Below are positions 19,151 to 28,709 of a DNA stretch of 64,000 bases, piece after piece. Every line of letters begins with the position of its first letter. The stretch's first letter is position 1. Location: assembly GCA_030148985.1 (NCBI GenBank), contig JASBSJ010000082.1, positions 1,558-65,557 of the forward strand, in the 5' to 3' direction. The position numbers were made by a program, and so were the translations under genes. The notes beneath the pieces are model-generated. The model did not search any database. It worked only from the letters and a program-made list of their open reading frames with translations, and had not been told where the DNA came from. The stretch is from Sphingopyxis sp. Lineage in GTDB: Bacteria > Pseudomonadota > Alphaproteobacteria > Sphingomonadales > Sphingomonadaceae.

Positions 19151-19178
19151 AAACCCGCCGTTCGCCCCCGGCGGGTTT
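19151..19178. terminator. Intrinsic terminator-like hairpin after the TPR gene
   Basis: AACCCGCCG-N8-CGGCGGGTT immediately downstream of the 19181 stop. Confidence 0.55.
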
Positions 19179-19180
19179 CA

Positions 19181-20176
19181 TCACGGCTTTTCGTTCGGAA
19201 ACAACAACAACCAATCGGCTTCCGCCTGGATCCGCGCAAAGAAGCTCCAGCTATCGACGTTGATCGAGCGCTGAAGCCACGGCTTCGCCTTTTCGGGCTC
19301 GCCGCGCAGGATATAATAGTTGGCGAGGCTGTACGCCGTCGACGCCGCCACCCCGTCGGCCGTGGCAAAGGCGCGACCGCTGTCCTTGTCGCTGAAAAAG
19401 CTGTCGGCGGCGCGGTTGCCCTTGAACAGCTGGATGCCGTCGAAATAGGTGTCCGATCCGCCTTTCGGGTGAACTTCGAACAGCGACAGGTCATAATCGT
19501 CGAGCAACGCCTGCGCCTCGCGAAGATTGCCGGCGCGCGCGAGCGACAGATATTCCCAATAGGTGTTCGCCGTGCGCGCCTCGACGTCGTGAGTGAAGGC
19601 GGCGGCTTCGGCCGACTTGCCGAACCATTTGGCGGCATTGTCAAAATCATGCTTGGCGAAATAGGCCTGGCCGAGATGATAATAGAGATAATATTGCACG
19701 ACATCGGGGTCGCCCGGAAAATAGTCCGGGCCCGGCTTTTCGCGCTCGAGCGGCTGGTTCTCGTATAGCTTCGCGGCCTTCAGCCCCAGCTCGATCGACT
19801 TGTCGAATTCGCGCAGCGAGAAATGGCGGTGCGCGCGGTGGCGGAGCAGCTTGCCTGAATTGGGAAAGCGTTTGAGCGCCTGATCGTAAACCGCCGCCGA
19901 TTCCTTGGTATAGCCCTGATAGAAAAGGATGCGGCCGTACCAGGTCGCGCTGTCGACGGTCATGTTCGCCTCGAACGCCGCCTTGGCATCGCGCGCCGCA
20001 CGCTCGAGCGTTTCGGTCGCCGCGACATTCGCGGTGCGCGCCGGGGCCGTATACATCGGCTGGCCGAGCAGCGAGGTGCCCTGGAAGCTGCCTTCCTGTG
20101 CGAGCGCCGCCGGCATCGGCATCGCGACCGCGAGCAAGGCGACCGAGGCGATATATTTCAGATATTTGGCGTTCAT
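19181..20176 (-). CDS. Secreted TPR-repeat protein (paralog of 27724-28668)
   Basis: Signal peptide ending ALA, TPR-like helices (LYYHLGQAYFAKHDFDNAAKWFGKS; YSLANYYILRGEPEKAKPWLQRS), GGAGAG RBS. Confidence 0.75.
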   Translation of the reverse strand: MNAKYLKYIASVALLAVAMPMPAALAQEGSFQGTSLLGQPMYTAPARTANVAATETLERAARDAKAAFEANMTVDSATWYGRILFYQGYTKESAAVYDQALKRFPNSGKLLRHRAHRHFSLREFDKSIELGLKAAKLYENQPLEREKPGPDYFPGDPDVVQYYLYYHLGQAYFAKHDFDNAAKWFGKSAEAAAFTHDVEARTANTYWEYLSLARAGNLREAQALLDDYDLSLFEVHPKGGSDTYFDGIQLFKGNRAADSFFSDKDSGRAFATADGVAASTAYSLANYYILRGEPEKAKPWLQRSINVDSWSFFARIQAEADWLLLFPNEKP

Positions 20177-20204
20177 TTCATCTCTCCGAACCAGGTTTTT
20201 CGTT

Positions 20205-21776
20205 TCAATCCACGTCGATGTCGAACTTCACGCCCTGCGCAAGCGGAAGCGATGTCGAATAATTCACCGTCGCGGTAACGCGGCGCATGTAATTCTTCCA
20301 GCTGTCGGACCCCGACACGCGGCCGCCGCCGGTGACCTTTTCGCCCCCGAACGCGCCGCCGATTTCGGCGCCGCTGGTGCCGATATTGACGTTGACGATG
20401 CCGCAGTCGCTGCCCTGCGCCGACTGGAATTTCTCCGCTTCGCGCACATCGCTGGTAAAGACGCACGACGACAGGCCCTGCGGCACGCCGTTCTGCAGCG
20501 CGATCGCCTCGTCGAAGTCGCTGTACGGCAGGACATAAAGGATCGGGGCAAAGGTTTCCTCGCGGACGATGGTGGTCTGTGCCGGCATTTCGACGATCGC
20601 CGGGCGGACATAATAGGCGTCGGGCGCACCCGCCACCTCGATCCGTTCGCCGCCATGGACGGTGCCGCCGTCGCGCCGCGCCTGCTCCAGCGCGCGCTGC
20701 ATCGCATCGAATGCGGCCTTGTCGATCAGCGGGCCGACATGCGCCGCCTCGTCAAGCGGACTGCCAATGCGAAGGTCGCCGACCACCGCGATCAGCCGCT
20801 TCACGAAATCGCCGCGAATATCGTCATGCGCGATCAGGCGGCGCAGCGTCGTGCAACGCTGGCCGCAAGTGCCCGTTGCGGCAAAGACGGTGCCGCGCAG
20901 CGCCAGGCCGATGTCGGCGCTGGGCGTAACGATCGCAGCGTTGTTGCCGCCAAGCTCCAGCACCGCACGGCCGAAGCGGCGCTGCACGCGCACGCCGACA
21001 TCCTGCCCCATGCGAACGCTGCCCGTTGCGCTGAGGATCGCGACGTCGGGATGATCGGCGAGCATCCCGCCGCACGCCGCATCGCCGACCGCGACCTGGA
21101 CGAGATGGTCGGGCGCCAGCTCGTAATCGGCGACAACCTGTTCGAGCAGCCCCGCGAAAGCGAGCGCGGTCAGCGGCGTCTTTTCGGACGGCTTCCAGAT
21201 CGCGCTGTCGCCGCAGACGAGCGCGACGGTCGTCCCCCAGGCCCAGACCGCGGCCGGAAAATTGAACGCCGAAATCAGCCCCAGCACGCCCAGCGGGTGC
21301 CAATATTCGGTCAGCCGGTGCTCGGCGCGTTCCGACGCGATGGTCAGGCCGAAAAGCTGACGCGAAAGGCCGACCGCATATTCGCAGATGTCGATGACCT
21401 CCTGCACCTCGCCGCGCGCTTCGGTCAGGATCTTGCCATTCTCGATCGACAACAGCCGCGAGAGCGGTTCCTTATGGTCGCGCACGAGCTGGCCGAAGCG
21501 CCGGACGAGTTCGCCGCGATGCGGCGCCGGTACGGCTTTCCACGCGGTAAAGGCGGTGCGGGCGTTCGCCACCATCGCGTCCATGTCCGCCGCCTTGTCG
21601 GTGCGCAGCGTCGCCAGCTGCGACCCGTCGATCGGCGAAAATATGGCGAGGTCCGATCCCCTGCGTCCATCGAGCGACAGGCCGAGCCCGGTGAAAATAT
21701 CGGCCACGGCGCCGGCCAGACCGGCCGATGCGGAATCATTTGGCTGCATGGAAATCACTTTTTCAGGAGCGTTCAT
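20205..21776 (-). CDS. Aldehyde dehydrogenase family 7 (aminoadipate semialdehyde / piperideine-6-carboxylate dehydrogenase-like)
   Basis: GLSRQLFGLTIASER, ISAFNFP, LELGGNNA, GQRCTT, GTSGAEIGGAFGGEK. Confidence 0.92.
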   Translation of the reverse strand: MNAPEKVISMQPNDSASAGLAGAVADIFTGLGLSLDGRRGSDLAIFSPIDGSQLATLRTDKAADMDAMVANARTAFTAWKAVPAPHRGELVRRFGQLVRDHKEPLSRLLSIENGKILTEARGEVQEVIDICEYAVGLSRQLFGLTIASERAEHRLTEYWHPLGVLGLISAFNFPAAVWAWGTTVALVCGDSAIWKPSEKTPLTALAFAGLLEQVVADYELAPDHLVQVAVGDAACGGMLADHPDVAILSATGSVRMGQDVGVRVQRRFGRAVLELGGNNAAIVTPSADIGLALRGTVFAATGTCGQRCTTLRRLIAHDDIRGDFVKRLIAVVGDLRIGSPLDEAAHVGPLIDKAAFDAMQRALEQARRDGGTVHGGERIEVAGAPDAYYVRPAIVEMPAQTTIVREETFAPILYVLPYSDFDEAIALQNGVPQGLSSCVFTSDVREAEKFQSAQGSDCGIVNVNIGTSGAEIGGAFGGEKVTGGGRVSGSDSWKNYMRRVTATVNYSTSLPLAQGVKFDIDVD

Positions 21777-21818
21777 TTCATTGTCCGTTAAAAGGGAGAG
21801 AACCGAATTTCGATTGGG

Positions 21819-23195
21819 TCACGGGCGCGAGCCATCGTCATGCACGATAACCCGCCCGTCCTTGATGACGGTGGCGACGCGCTCCAATAGCGTCACGTCG
21901 CGATAAGGGTCACCGTCGACTGCGATCAGGTCGGCGCGCTTCCCGGCCGCGATCGTGCCGATGCGGTCGGACTGGCCAAGCAGCGCGGCGGCATCGACCG
22001 TCGCCGAGCGGAGCGCCGCCGCCGGCGTCATCGGCCCCTGCTCGACCATCAGGCGAAACTGCCGGGCATTCTGCCCGTGCGGCGATACGCCCGCGTCGGT
22101 GCCGAAAGCGATCCTGACCTTGTGCCGCACCGCAAGCTGGATGTTCCGGCCCGCGACCGCCCGCGCCTCCGCCATCTTGGCGCGCACTTCGGGACTGGCG
22201 TCGGCCTCCTTCCGGCCGTCGAGCAAGCCGAGCGTCGGCACCAGCCAGGTGCCGCGCTCCGCCATCTGGCGGGCCGTCGCTTCGTCGAGCCAGGTGCCAT
22301 GTTCGATCGAATCGACACCCGCGCGCACCGACGCGGTCACCCCCGCGCCGCCATGCGCATGCGCCGCGACCTTCAGCCCCAGGCTGTGCGCCGTGGTGAC
22401 GATCGCGGTCAGTTCCTCGTCGGTCAGATGCTGGCCAAGGCCCCTCGCCTGCTGCGACATGATGCCGCCGGTCGAGGTGATCTTGATGAGGTCGGCGCCA
22501 TATTTCGCCGCCTCGCGGACGCGCAGCGCGCATTCGGCGCCGCCCGTGCAGGCACCCGTATAGTCATAAGGATAAAGCGCCTCGGTCGCCTTGCGGTTGA
22601 GGCCCGACATATCGCCATGACCACCGACGATCGACAGCGACGTCCCCGATAAAAAGATGCGCGGGCCGACGACGACGCCTTCGTTCACGGCATCGCGCAG
22701 CGCGTGGATCGAATAACCGTCCGACCCGACGTCGCGGACCGTCGTGAAGCCGGCCTCCAGCGTCTTTTTCGCATTGGAAAACGCCAGCAGCGCCACATCT
22801 TCCGGCGTGTCGATCGCAGCCGACCACAGCTTTGTGTCGGGCGTGAAGCTGAAATGGACGTGCGTGTCGATCAGGCCGGGCAGCAGCGTGCGATGCTTCA
22901 GATCGACGGCGCGCATTCCGGGGCGATCGACATATCCCGCCGCGATTTCGGCGATCTGTCCATCCTTGACGACAATCGTGCTCGGGCCCAGCGGCGCCTC
23001 GCCGGGTACGGCGATCACCGAACCCGCATGGATCAGCAGGCCCTCTTCGCCTTCGGCTCCGGCAGGAAGCGCGGCAGACGCACCCGAAAGCGATGCCGCA
23101 ACCGCCAGTCCTGTCCATGTCGCGATGCCGCCCAAGCAAATTCTCCCCGTCGGCGCGTGGCCCAAGGCCGCCGGTGCGGCGCCTTCCCTTCGCAT
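21819..23195 (-). CDS. Secreted metal-dependent amidohydrolase (Xaa-Pro dipeptidase / carboxypeptidase-like)
   Basis: PGLIDTHVH, GFTTVRDVG, GADLIK, AHAHG, IEHG and FGTDAG motifs. Confidence 0.9.
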   Translation of the reverse strand: MRREGAAPAALGHAPTGRICLGGIATWTGLAVAASLSGASAALPAGAEGEEGLLIHAGSVIAVPGEAPLGPSTIVVKDGQIAEIAAGYVDRPGMRAVDLKHRTLLPGLIDTHVHFSFTPDTKLWSAAIDTPEDVALLAFSNAKKTLEAGFTTVRDVGSDGYSIHALRDAVNEGVVVGPRIFLSGTSLSIVGGHGDMSGLNRKATEALYPYDYTGACTGGAECALRVREAAKYGADLIKITSTGGIMSQQARGLGQHLTDEELTAIVTTAHSLGLKVAAHAHGGAGVTASVRAGVDSIEHGTWLDEATARQMAERGTWLVPTLGLLDGRKEADASPEVRAKMAEARAVAGRNIQLAVRHKVRIAFGTDAGVSPHGQNARQFRLMVEQGPMTPAAALRSATVDAAALLGQSDRIGTIAAGKRADLIAVDGDPYRDVTLLERVATVIKDGRVIVHDDGSRP

Positions 23196-23228
23196 AGGAA
23201 GTTTTTGCTAGAATAGCAATTATTTTTA

Positions 23229-23287
23229 TGATAGGAAAATTTTTAGAAATGAAGGCATGGATCGGAAATCAACGAATTTCCGGTGGG
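23229..23287. promoter_or_regulatory. Divergent promoter region with putative XRE-cupin regulator boxes
   Basis: TGATAGGAAAATT (23229-23241) recurs inverted at 26610-26622. AATTTCCGGTGGG (23275-23287) recurs at 25780-25792. Confidence 0.5.
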
Positions 23288-23312
23288 GAAACGAGTCCAA
23301 AAGGAGGGAATA

Positions 23313-25754
23313 ATGTCGAAGTTCGTATCAAAGCTCTTGTTGTCGTCGGCGCTCGCGCTGACGATCACACCGATGGCACATGCCCAGTCGGCACCGCCGG
23401 AAGCGGACGGCGCGGAATCGGACACGGGCGGCAACGACATCGTCGTCATCGGCTCGCGGCGCAAGGACCGCTCGATCACCGACAGCTCGGTCGCGATCGA
23501 CGTCATTTCGCCCGAACAGATCAGCACCACCGGCTATGCCGACGTGAACGACGCGCTGCGCACGCTCGTCCCCGCTTTCAATGCCCAGCGCCTGCAGGGC
23601 AATGACGGTTCGTCCTTCGTCCGCCCGGTCACGCTGCGCGGATCACCCGCCGACCACGTCCTTTTGCTGATGAACGGCAAGCGCCGCCACCGCGCCGCGA
23701 TCGTGCAGATCGGTACTGGGCACGCCACCACGTCGGGTTCGCAGGGCCAGGATTTCAACGTGATCCCGCCGATCGCCCTGTCGAGCGTCGAAGTCCTGCG
23801 CGACGGCGCGTCGGCCCAATATGGCTCGGACGCGATCGCCGGCGTCATCAACCTCGAACTGAAAAAGGCACGCAGCGGCGGCTCGATCACCGGCCAGGTC
23901 GGTGAATATTACAGCACCGGCGGCCGCACCTATGACATTCAGGGGCACATCGCGGTTCCGGTCGGCGACAACGCCTATTTCAACCTCGCCGCCCAATATA
24001 CCGATCAGGCCAAGGCGTTCGCCAGAAAGGCCTCGCACGCCGGCGCCGCAGCGCTGCGCCAAATGGGGGTCCAGGGGGTTCCCGAACATCCTGAGGGCAA
24101 CCTCGACCCGCGCTATATGGCGTTCAAATCGGTGTGGAACGCCGGCATCGAGATCAGCGACGAGCTCGAACTCTATAGCTTCGGCAACTATATGACGGGC
24201 AAGAGCTCGGTCACCTTCGGCCTGCGCCAGCCTTTTGCCGCAGGCGGGCTGAACGGCCACAGCACCTATGCCAATTCGGCGTTCGACCTGTCCCCGGCCC
24301 ATCCCGAAGAGTTCGACCTGACCGAGATCTATCCCGGCGGTTTCACGCCCGAGTTCGCCGGCCATCTGGAAGATTTCAGCGCCCTCGTCGGCCTGCGCGA
24401 CCAGGCGGGACCGCTGACCTGGGATCTGTCGGCGCGCTATGGCACCAACACCGTCGACTATACGATCACCGGCACGATCAACGCTTCGATGGGCGTCGAT
24501 TCGCCGACCTCGTTCAAGCCGGGATCGCTGACTCAGCGCGAAATTCAGTTCGATGCCGAAGTCGCCTATGAACTGAACGACGACATTCTCGTCTTTGCCG
24601 GCGCCAGCCACCGCAAGGAAACCTATGTCATCGGCGAAGGCGATGTCGCGAGCTACCTCACCGGGCCGCTTCAGGATCTGCCCGCGGGGTCGAACGGTTT
24701 CCAGGGCTTTGCGCCCGAATTTGCCGGAGCCTTCGATTCGAACAGCTATGCGGTCTTCGCCGAAGTCGATGCCGACATCACGCCCTGGTGGAACCTGTCG
24801 GCCGCGGCGCGCTACGAAGACTATGACCAGTTCGGCAATAATTTCAGCTACAAGGCGGCAACGCGCTTCGAGCTGAGCGACGCCTTTGCGCTGCGCGGTT
24901 CGGTCAGCACGGGCTTCCGCGCACCGGCCGCCGGCCAGGTTTTCGGCACCAGCCTGACGTCGCAGCTCGACGGCATGGGCGGCTTCATTCTCGACGCCGT
25001 GCTCGTCCCGGGCTCGCCCGCGGCGCAGGTGTTCGGGTCCGAGGCGCTGACCCCCGAAACCTCGTTCAACATGTCAGCGGGCGTCGTTTTCACCGGCCTC
25101 GACGGCTTCCTCGCAACGCTCGATTTCTACCAGATCGACGTTGACGACCGCCTGCTGCTGACGCCGTCGCGCAACACCACCGCGGCCGAACGCGCCGCGC
25201 TGGCGGCGATCGGCTTCCCCAACGGCGCCGACATCGAACAGGTGCGCTATTTCCAGAATGAAATGGACACGCGCGTGCGCGGCTTCGACCTCGTCAGCAC
25301 CTATCGCCACAGCTGGTCGGACGATGCCTCGACCGATTTCAGCCTCGCGGTGAACTATAATGAACAGCATCTGCGCGGCGCCCCGCCGCCGGGATTCGAT
25401 CCATCGATCGTTGTCGAATTCGAACGCGGCACGCCGCGCTGGCGCGGCAATTTCTCGGCCACGACCAAGGTCGGCGACTTCGGCTTCATGGCCCGCGCCG
25501 TTCATTATGGCGCATGGCGCCGCCGCGACGGCGCCGCCTTCCTGCCGCGCAAGGCGGTGACCTTGTTCGACGCCGAGGTGACCTATTCGGGAATCCAGGA
25601 CGTCGACCTCAGCATCGGCGCGCGCAACCTGTTCAACATCTTCCCCCCGGGCCGTGGCCCTGGGCTGGAGCGCGTCGGCCTGATCTACGACAATCACAGC
25701 GTATTCGGGGTCGCCGGTGGCTTCTATTATTTGAATGCTAAGTATAGGTTCTGA
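23313..25754 (+). CDS. TonB-dependent receptor (module 2)
   Basis: AAGGAGG RBS, signal peptide, DIVVIGSR, VEVLRDGASAQYGSDAIAGVIN, terminal YRF. Confidence 0.95.
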   Translation: MSKFVSKLLLSSALALTITPMAHAQSAPPEADGAESDTGGNDIVVIGSRRKDRSITDSSVAIDVISPEQISTTGYADVNDALRTLVPAFNAQRLQGNDGSSFVRPVTLRGSPADHVLLLMNGKRRHRAAIVQIGTGHATTSGSQGQDFNVIPPIALSSVEVLRDGASAQYGSDAIAGVINLELKKARSGGSITGQVGEYYSTGGRTYDIQGHIAVPVGDNAYFNLAAQYTDQAKAFARKASHAGAAALRQMGVQGVPEHPEGNLDPRYMAFKSVWNAGIEISDELELYSFGNYMTGKSSVTFGLRQPFAAGGLNGHSTYANSAFDLSPAHPEEFDLTEIYPGGFTPEFAGHLEDFSALVGLRDQAGPLTWDLSARYGTNTVDYTITGTINASMGVDSPTSFKPGSLTQREIQFDAEVAYELNDDILVFAGASHRKETYVIGEGDVASYLTGPLQDLPAGSNGFQGFAPEFAGAFDSNSYAVFAEVDADITPWWNLSAAARYEDYDQFGNNFSYKAATRFELSDAFALRGSVSTGFRAPAAGQVFGTSLTSQLDGMGGFILDAVLVPGSPAAQVFGSEALTPETSFNMSAGVVFTGLDGFLATLDFYQIDVDDRLLLTPSRNTTAAERAALAAIGFPNGADIEQVRYFQNEMDTRVRGFDLVSTYRHSWSDDASTDFSLAVNYNEQHLRGAPPPGFDPSIVVEFERGTPRWRGNFSATTKVGDFGFMARAVHYGAWRRRDGAAFLPRKAVTLFDAEVTYSGIQDVDLSIGARNLFNIFPPGRGPGLERVGLIYDNHSVFGVAGGFYYLNAKYRF

Positions 25755-25796
25755 CCGATACCAATCGGGACGGCATTTTAATTTCCGGTGGGCATG

Positions 25797-25831
25797 TACG
25801 GAATTGGCATAGCTTATATGCCAATTCCGTA
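25797..25831. other. Perfect 15-bp inverted repeat (stem-loop or operator)
   Basis: TACGGAATTGGCATA-GCTTA-TATGCCAATTCCGTA. Confidence 0.7.
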
Positions 25832-25947
25832 GCCTATCGGAAATTTCTGTTTTATGGTGGCGACACCCGATCAGCCGGGACGACTTGTCTTCCACGGTTC
25901 CTGATCGACGGTGACTGCGACGCTCAACAGACAAGGAATGGAGACAT

Positions 25948-26571
25948 ATGCCGCCCAGCCATGGAGACGCGCCGGAAATCCTGGGTGCCATGCGCAAGGC
26001 GAAGCGGCCGCGATCCGAAGGATTCCACCTTGGCGAGCGACTGCGATTGCTGCGCCGCGAACGCGGCATGACGCTGGAGGACGCGGGGCGGCTGACCGGC
26101 CTTGCCGCCTCGACCCTGTCGAAGATCGAAAATGACCAGATGTCGCCGACGTTCGACGTCGTGCAAAAACTTGCGGCCGGCTTTGACATCGATATCACCG
26201 AATTGTTCGCGGGTAATGGCCCGCACGACGCAGCCGGGCGCCGCAGCGTGACGATGGCGGGCGCGGGGCGCCTGATGGAAACCGAAGTCTATCGGCACCG
26301 CCTGATCGCCGCCGAACTCAAGAACAAGAAAATCCTGCCCTTCGTCACGACGATCAAGGCGCGCGGCCTCGAGGATTTCAAAAGCTGGTCGCAGCACAGC
26401 GGCGAGGAGTTTCTCTACGTCCTCGAAGGCGAGATCTGCTTTCAGACCGAACATTATGAACCCGCGATCCTGGGCGTCGGCGACAGCATCTATATCAACA
26501 GCAGTATGCAGCACGCCGCCTATTCGACGAGCGAGGAAGACGCCGTCGTCCTGTGGGTCAACACCGGCTGA
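25948..26571 (+). CDS. XRE-family HTH plus cupin transcriptional regulator
   Basis: LGERLRLLRRERGMTL...STLSKIEN HTH; HSGEEFLYVLEG and GDSIY..SSMQH cupin. Confidence 0.92.
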   Translation: MPPSHGDAPEILGAMRKAKRPRSEGFHLGERLRLLRRERGMTLEDAGRLTGLAASTLSKIENDQMSPTFDVVQKLAAGFDIDITELFAGNGPHDAAGRRSVTMAGAGRLMETEVYRHRLIAAELKNKKILPFVTTIKARGLEDFKSWSQHSGEEFLYVLEGEICFQTEHYEPAILGVGDSIYINSSMQHAAYSTSEEDAVVLWVNTG

Positions 26572-26662
26572 CCACCCGGCGTTTTCGGCGCCATCAATTC
26601 TCTTGCAATAATTTTCCTATCAGCTAAATTATTTCCAATAAGAATTTGGAGAGGATGGGGCT

Positions 26663-27727
26663 ATGGACAGACGGAATTTCATCCTGTCGGGGGCGGCTTT
26701 GTCGGCCGCGATGACGGTTGCGCCCGCCGCTGCGGCGCGCGCTACGGCGCGCCCGCTGACCTTCGACGCGATGGGCGAGGTGCGCTTCGAATATGACGCC
26801 GCGCTGATCGGCCAGATGCGGGCCAGCGGGCTCGATGCCATCACCATCACGCTGTGCGATCCCAAGGTTTACGAGGGGCAGGCGTATGAGGAAGCGGTGC
26901 AGGCGGTGCTCGACCATGACGCGCATATCGCGAAGCACCCCGAACTGTTCCTGAAGGCGACGAAGACCAGCGACATCGACGTCGCCCGCAAGAATGGCCA
27001 GCTTGCGCTCTTCTATCTCTTCCAGAACAGCACCCAGTTCGGGCGCGACCTCGACAATGTCGACCTGTTCCGCAAGCTCGGCGTCACCTCGGCGCAAATC
27101 ACCTATAATGACCAGAATTGGGCGGGCGCAGGGTGCAAGGAGCTGGGTTCGAACGGGCTGACGCACTTCGGCCGCGACCTTGTCGGCCGGATGAACGAAC
27201 AGCGGATGCTGATCGACCTGTCGCACGCGAACATGCAGACGATGGCCGATACGATCGCCGCGTCGAAGGTGCCGGTGATCGTCTCGCACACCGCGTGCAT
27301 GGCGGTGCACAGCAATGTGCGCAACACGACCGACGCGAACCTGCGCCTGCTCGCCGACCGCGGCGGTGTCGCGGGCATATGCCAGATGCGGCCGTTCCTC
27401 ACGACCAGGCGCGACGATGCGCTGCCCGAATATTTCCGCCACATCGCCCATGCGGTCAATGTGATGGGCGCCGACCATGTCGCGATCGGCAGCGACCGCG
27501 ACCACCGCATCGTCGAAATGACCGACGCCTATATCGCGGAACTGAAGGCCGAAGAGGGCGCCAATTTCAACGAGGCCGACTGGCCGCTGTTCATCAACGA
27601 ACTGAACGGGCCGCGCCGCATGGAAGTCGTATGGGATGGCGTGCGCAAGCTCGGCTATCCCGAAGCCACGGTCGAAAAGATCATGGGAACCAATCTCCGC
27701 CGCATCTATCAGGACGTGATCGGATGA
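26663..27727 (+). CDS. Tat-exported membrane dipeptidase (M19) family protein
   Basis: DRRNFI Tat signal, GLTHFGRDLVGRMNE, IDLSH, VSHT, HVAIGSD, KIMGTN. Confidence 0.88.
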   Translation: MDRRNFILSGAALSAAMTVAPAAAARATARPLTFDAMGEVRFEYDAALIGQMRASGLDAITITLCDPKVYEGQAYEEAVQAVLDHDAHIAKHPELFLKATKTSDIDVARKNGQLALFYLFQNSTQFGRDLDNVDLFRKLGVTSAQITYNDQNWAGAGCKELGSNGLTHFGRDLVGRMNEQRMLIDLSHANMQTMADTIAASKVPVIVSHTACMAVHSNVRNTTDANLRLLADRGGVAGICQMRPFLTTRRDDALPEYFRHIAHAVNVMGADHVAIGSDRDHRIVEMTDAYIAELKAEEGANFNEADWPLFINELNGPRRMEVVWDGVRKLGYPEATVEKIMGTNLRRIYQDVIG

Positions 27728-28668
27728 GCGCGCGCCGCATGGCTTCGGGCGCGGGCCTCATCCTCGCCTCGCTGCTGGCGGCGGTCCCCGCGTCGGCGAA
27801 TGAAAATGTCCCTGGCGCCGACGCGGGGAATTGCACGACCAGCCTGATCGGCACCCCGCTGACGATCCCCGAATATCCGGCGGCAACGCAAAAGAAGCTC
27901 GACGAGGACATCGAAATCGCGCGCTTCGCACTCCGCATCGCACCCGACCGCGAGGAATCCCATTTCTGGCTCGGTCGCAGGCTCGGCTATGCGGGGCGCG
28001 TGTGCGAGGCCATCGTTGTGTTCAGCGACGGGCTGAAAGCCTTTCCGGACAGTTACAAGCTGCGCCGCTATCGCGCGCGTCACCTTGCCCGCGCGCGCGC
28101 CTTTGACGCGGCGCTTGCCGACTATCGCGACGCGCTGGCGCTGATGGAAGGAAAGCCCGACAGTTTCGAGCCCGACGGCCTGCCCAATGCGATCGGCCTT
28201 ACGATCGGCACCTATCGCAGCAACATCGTCTATTATCACGCGCAGACGAGTTTCGCGACCGGCGACTATCCGACCGTCGTCGCAGGCATGGCCAAGGCGC
28301 TCGAACTGGCTCCCGATTTCGCGCGCAACGACATGCGCGTGCCGACGGCCTACTGGACCTATCTCGCCTATCGCAAGATGGGCGAGCACGAAAAGGCGCG
28401 CGCCGCGATCAACGCGATCGAGCCCGGCCTGGAGCTGATCGAGAATTTCACTTATTATCAGGCGGTCCAGATCATGCAGGGCCGCCTCGATCCCGCAGAT
28501 ATTGAGGACGTGCGCGACAGCACGATAAAATTCGCAATCGCAATGGACCGCCGCTTCGCCGGCGACGAGGCAGGCGCGAAGGCGCTGCTGACCGAGATCG
28601 TCCGCGAAAATCCGCAGGGACATTGGCCTGCCGAAGCCGAATTGGCGCACCGTTTCCAACGATTGTAG
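27724..28668 (+). CDS. Secreted TPR-repeat protein (paralog of 19181-20176)
   Basis: ATGA overlap with the dipeptidase, signal peptide ending ASA, WLGRRLGYAGR and IVYYHAQTSFATGDY helices. Confidence 0.75.
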   Translation: MSARRMASGAGLILASLLAAVPASANENVPGADAGNCTTSLIGTPLTIPEYPAATQKKLDEDIEIARFALRIAPDREESHFWLGRRLGYAGRVCEAIVVFSDGLKAFPDSYKLRRYRARHLARARAFDAALADYRDALALMEGKPDSFEPDGLPNAIGLTIGTYRSNIVYYHAQTSFATGDYPTVVAGMAKALELAPDFARNDMRVPTAYWTYLAYRKMGEHEKARAAINAIEPGLELIENFTYYQAVQIMQGRLDPADIEDVRDSTIKFAIAMDRRFAGDEAGAKALLTEIVRENPQGHWPAEAELAHRFQRL

Positions 28669-28709
28669 AGCGTCTTTGCCGGGCCATACTCCCTTGGCGC
28701 ATCCCGCCA
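28650..28709 (-). pseudogene. IS5-family transposase remnant
   Basis: The minus strand reads WRDAPREYGPAKTLYNRWKR, the characteristic N-terminal motif of IS5 (IS427-group) transposases. No flanking transposase frame is present. Confidence 0.75.

Noticed and set aside
19133-19155. Degenerate copy of the tRNA-Gln 3' end (att site)
   Set aside because: Only about 18/24 identity with a gap, and it overlaps a terminator hairpin, so it could be chance in GC-rich DNA.
27118-27723. 516-aa version of the second TPR protein
   Set aside because: The extension lies inside the dipeptidase gene. The signal peptide begins at ATG 27724.
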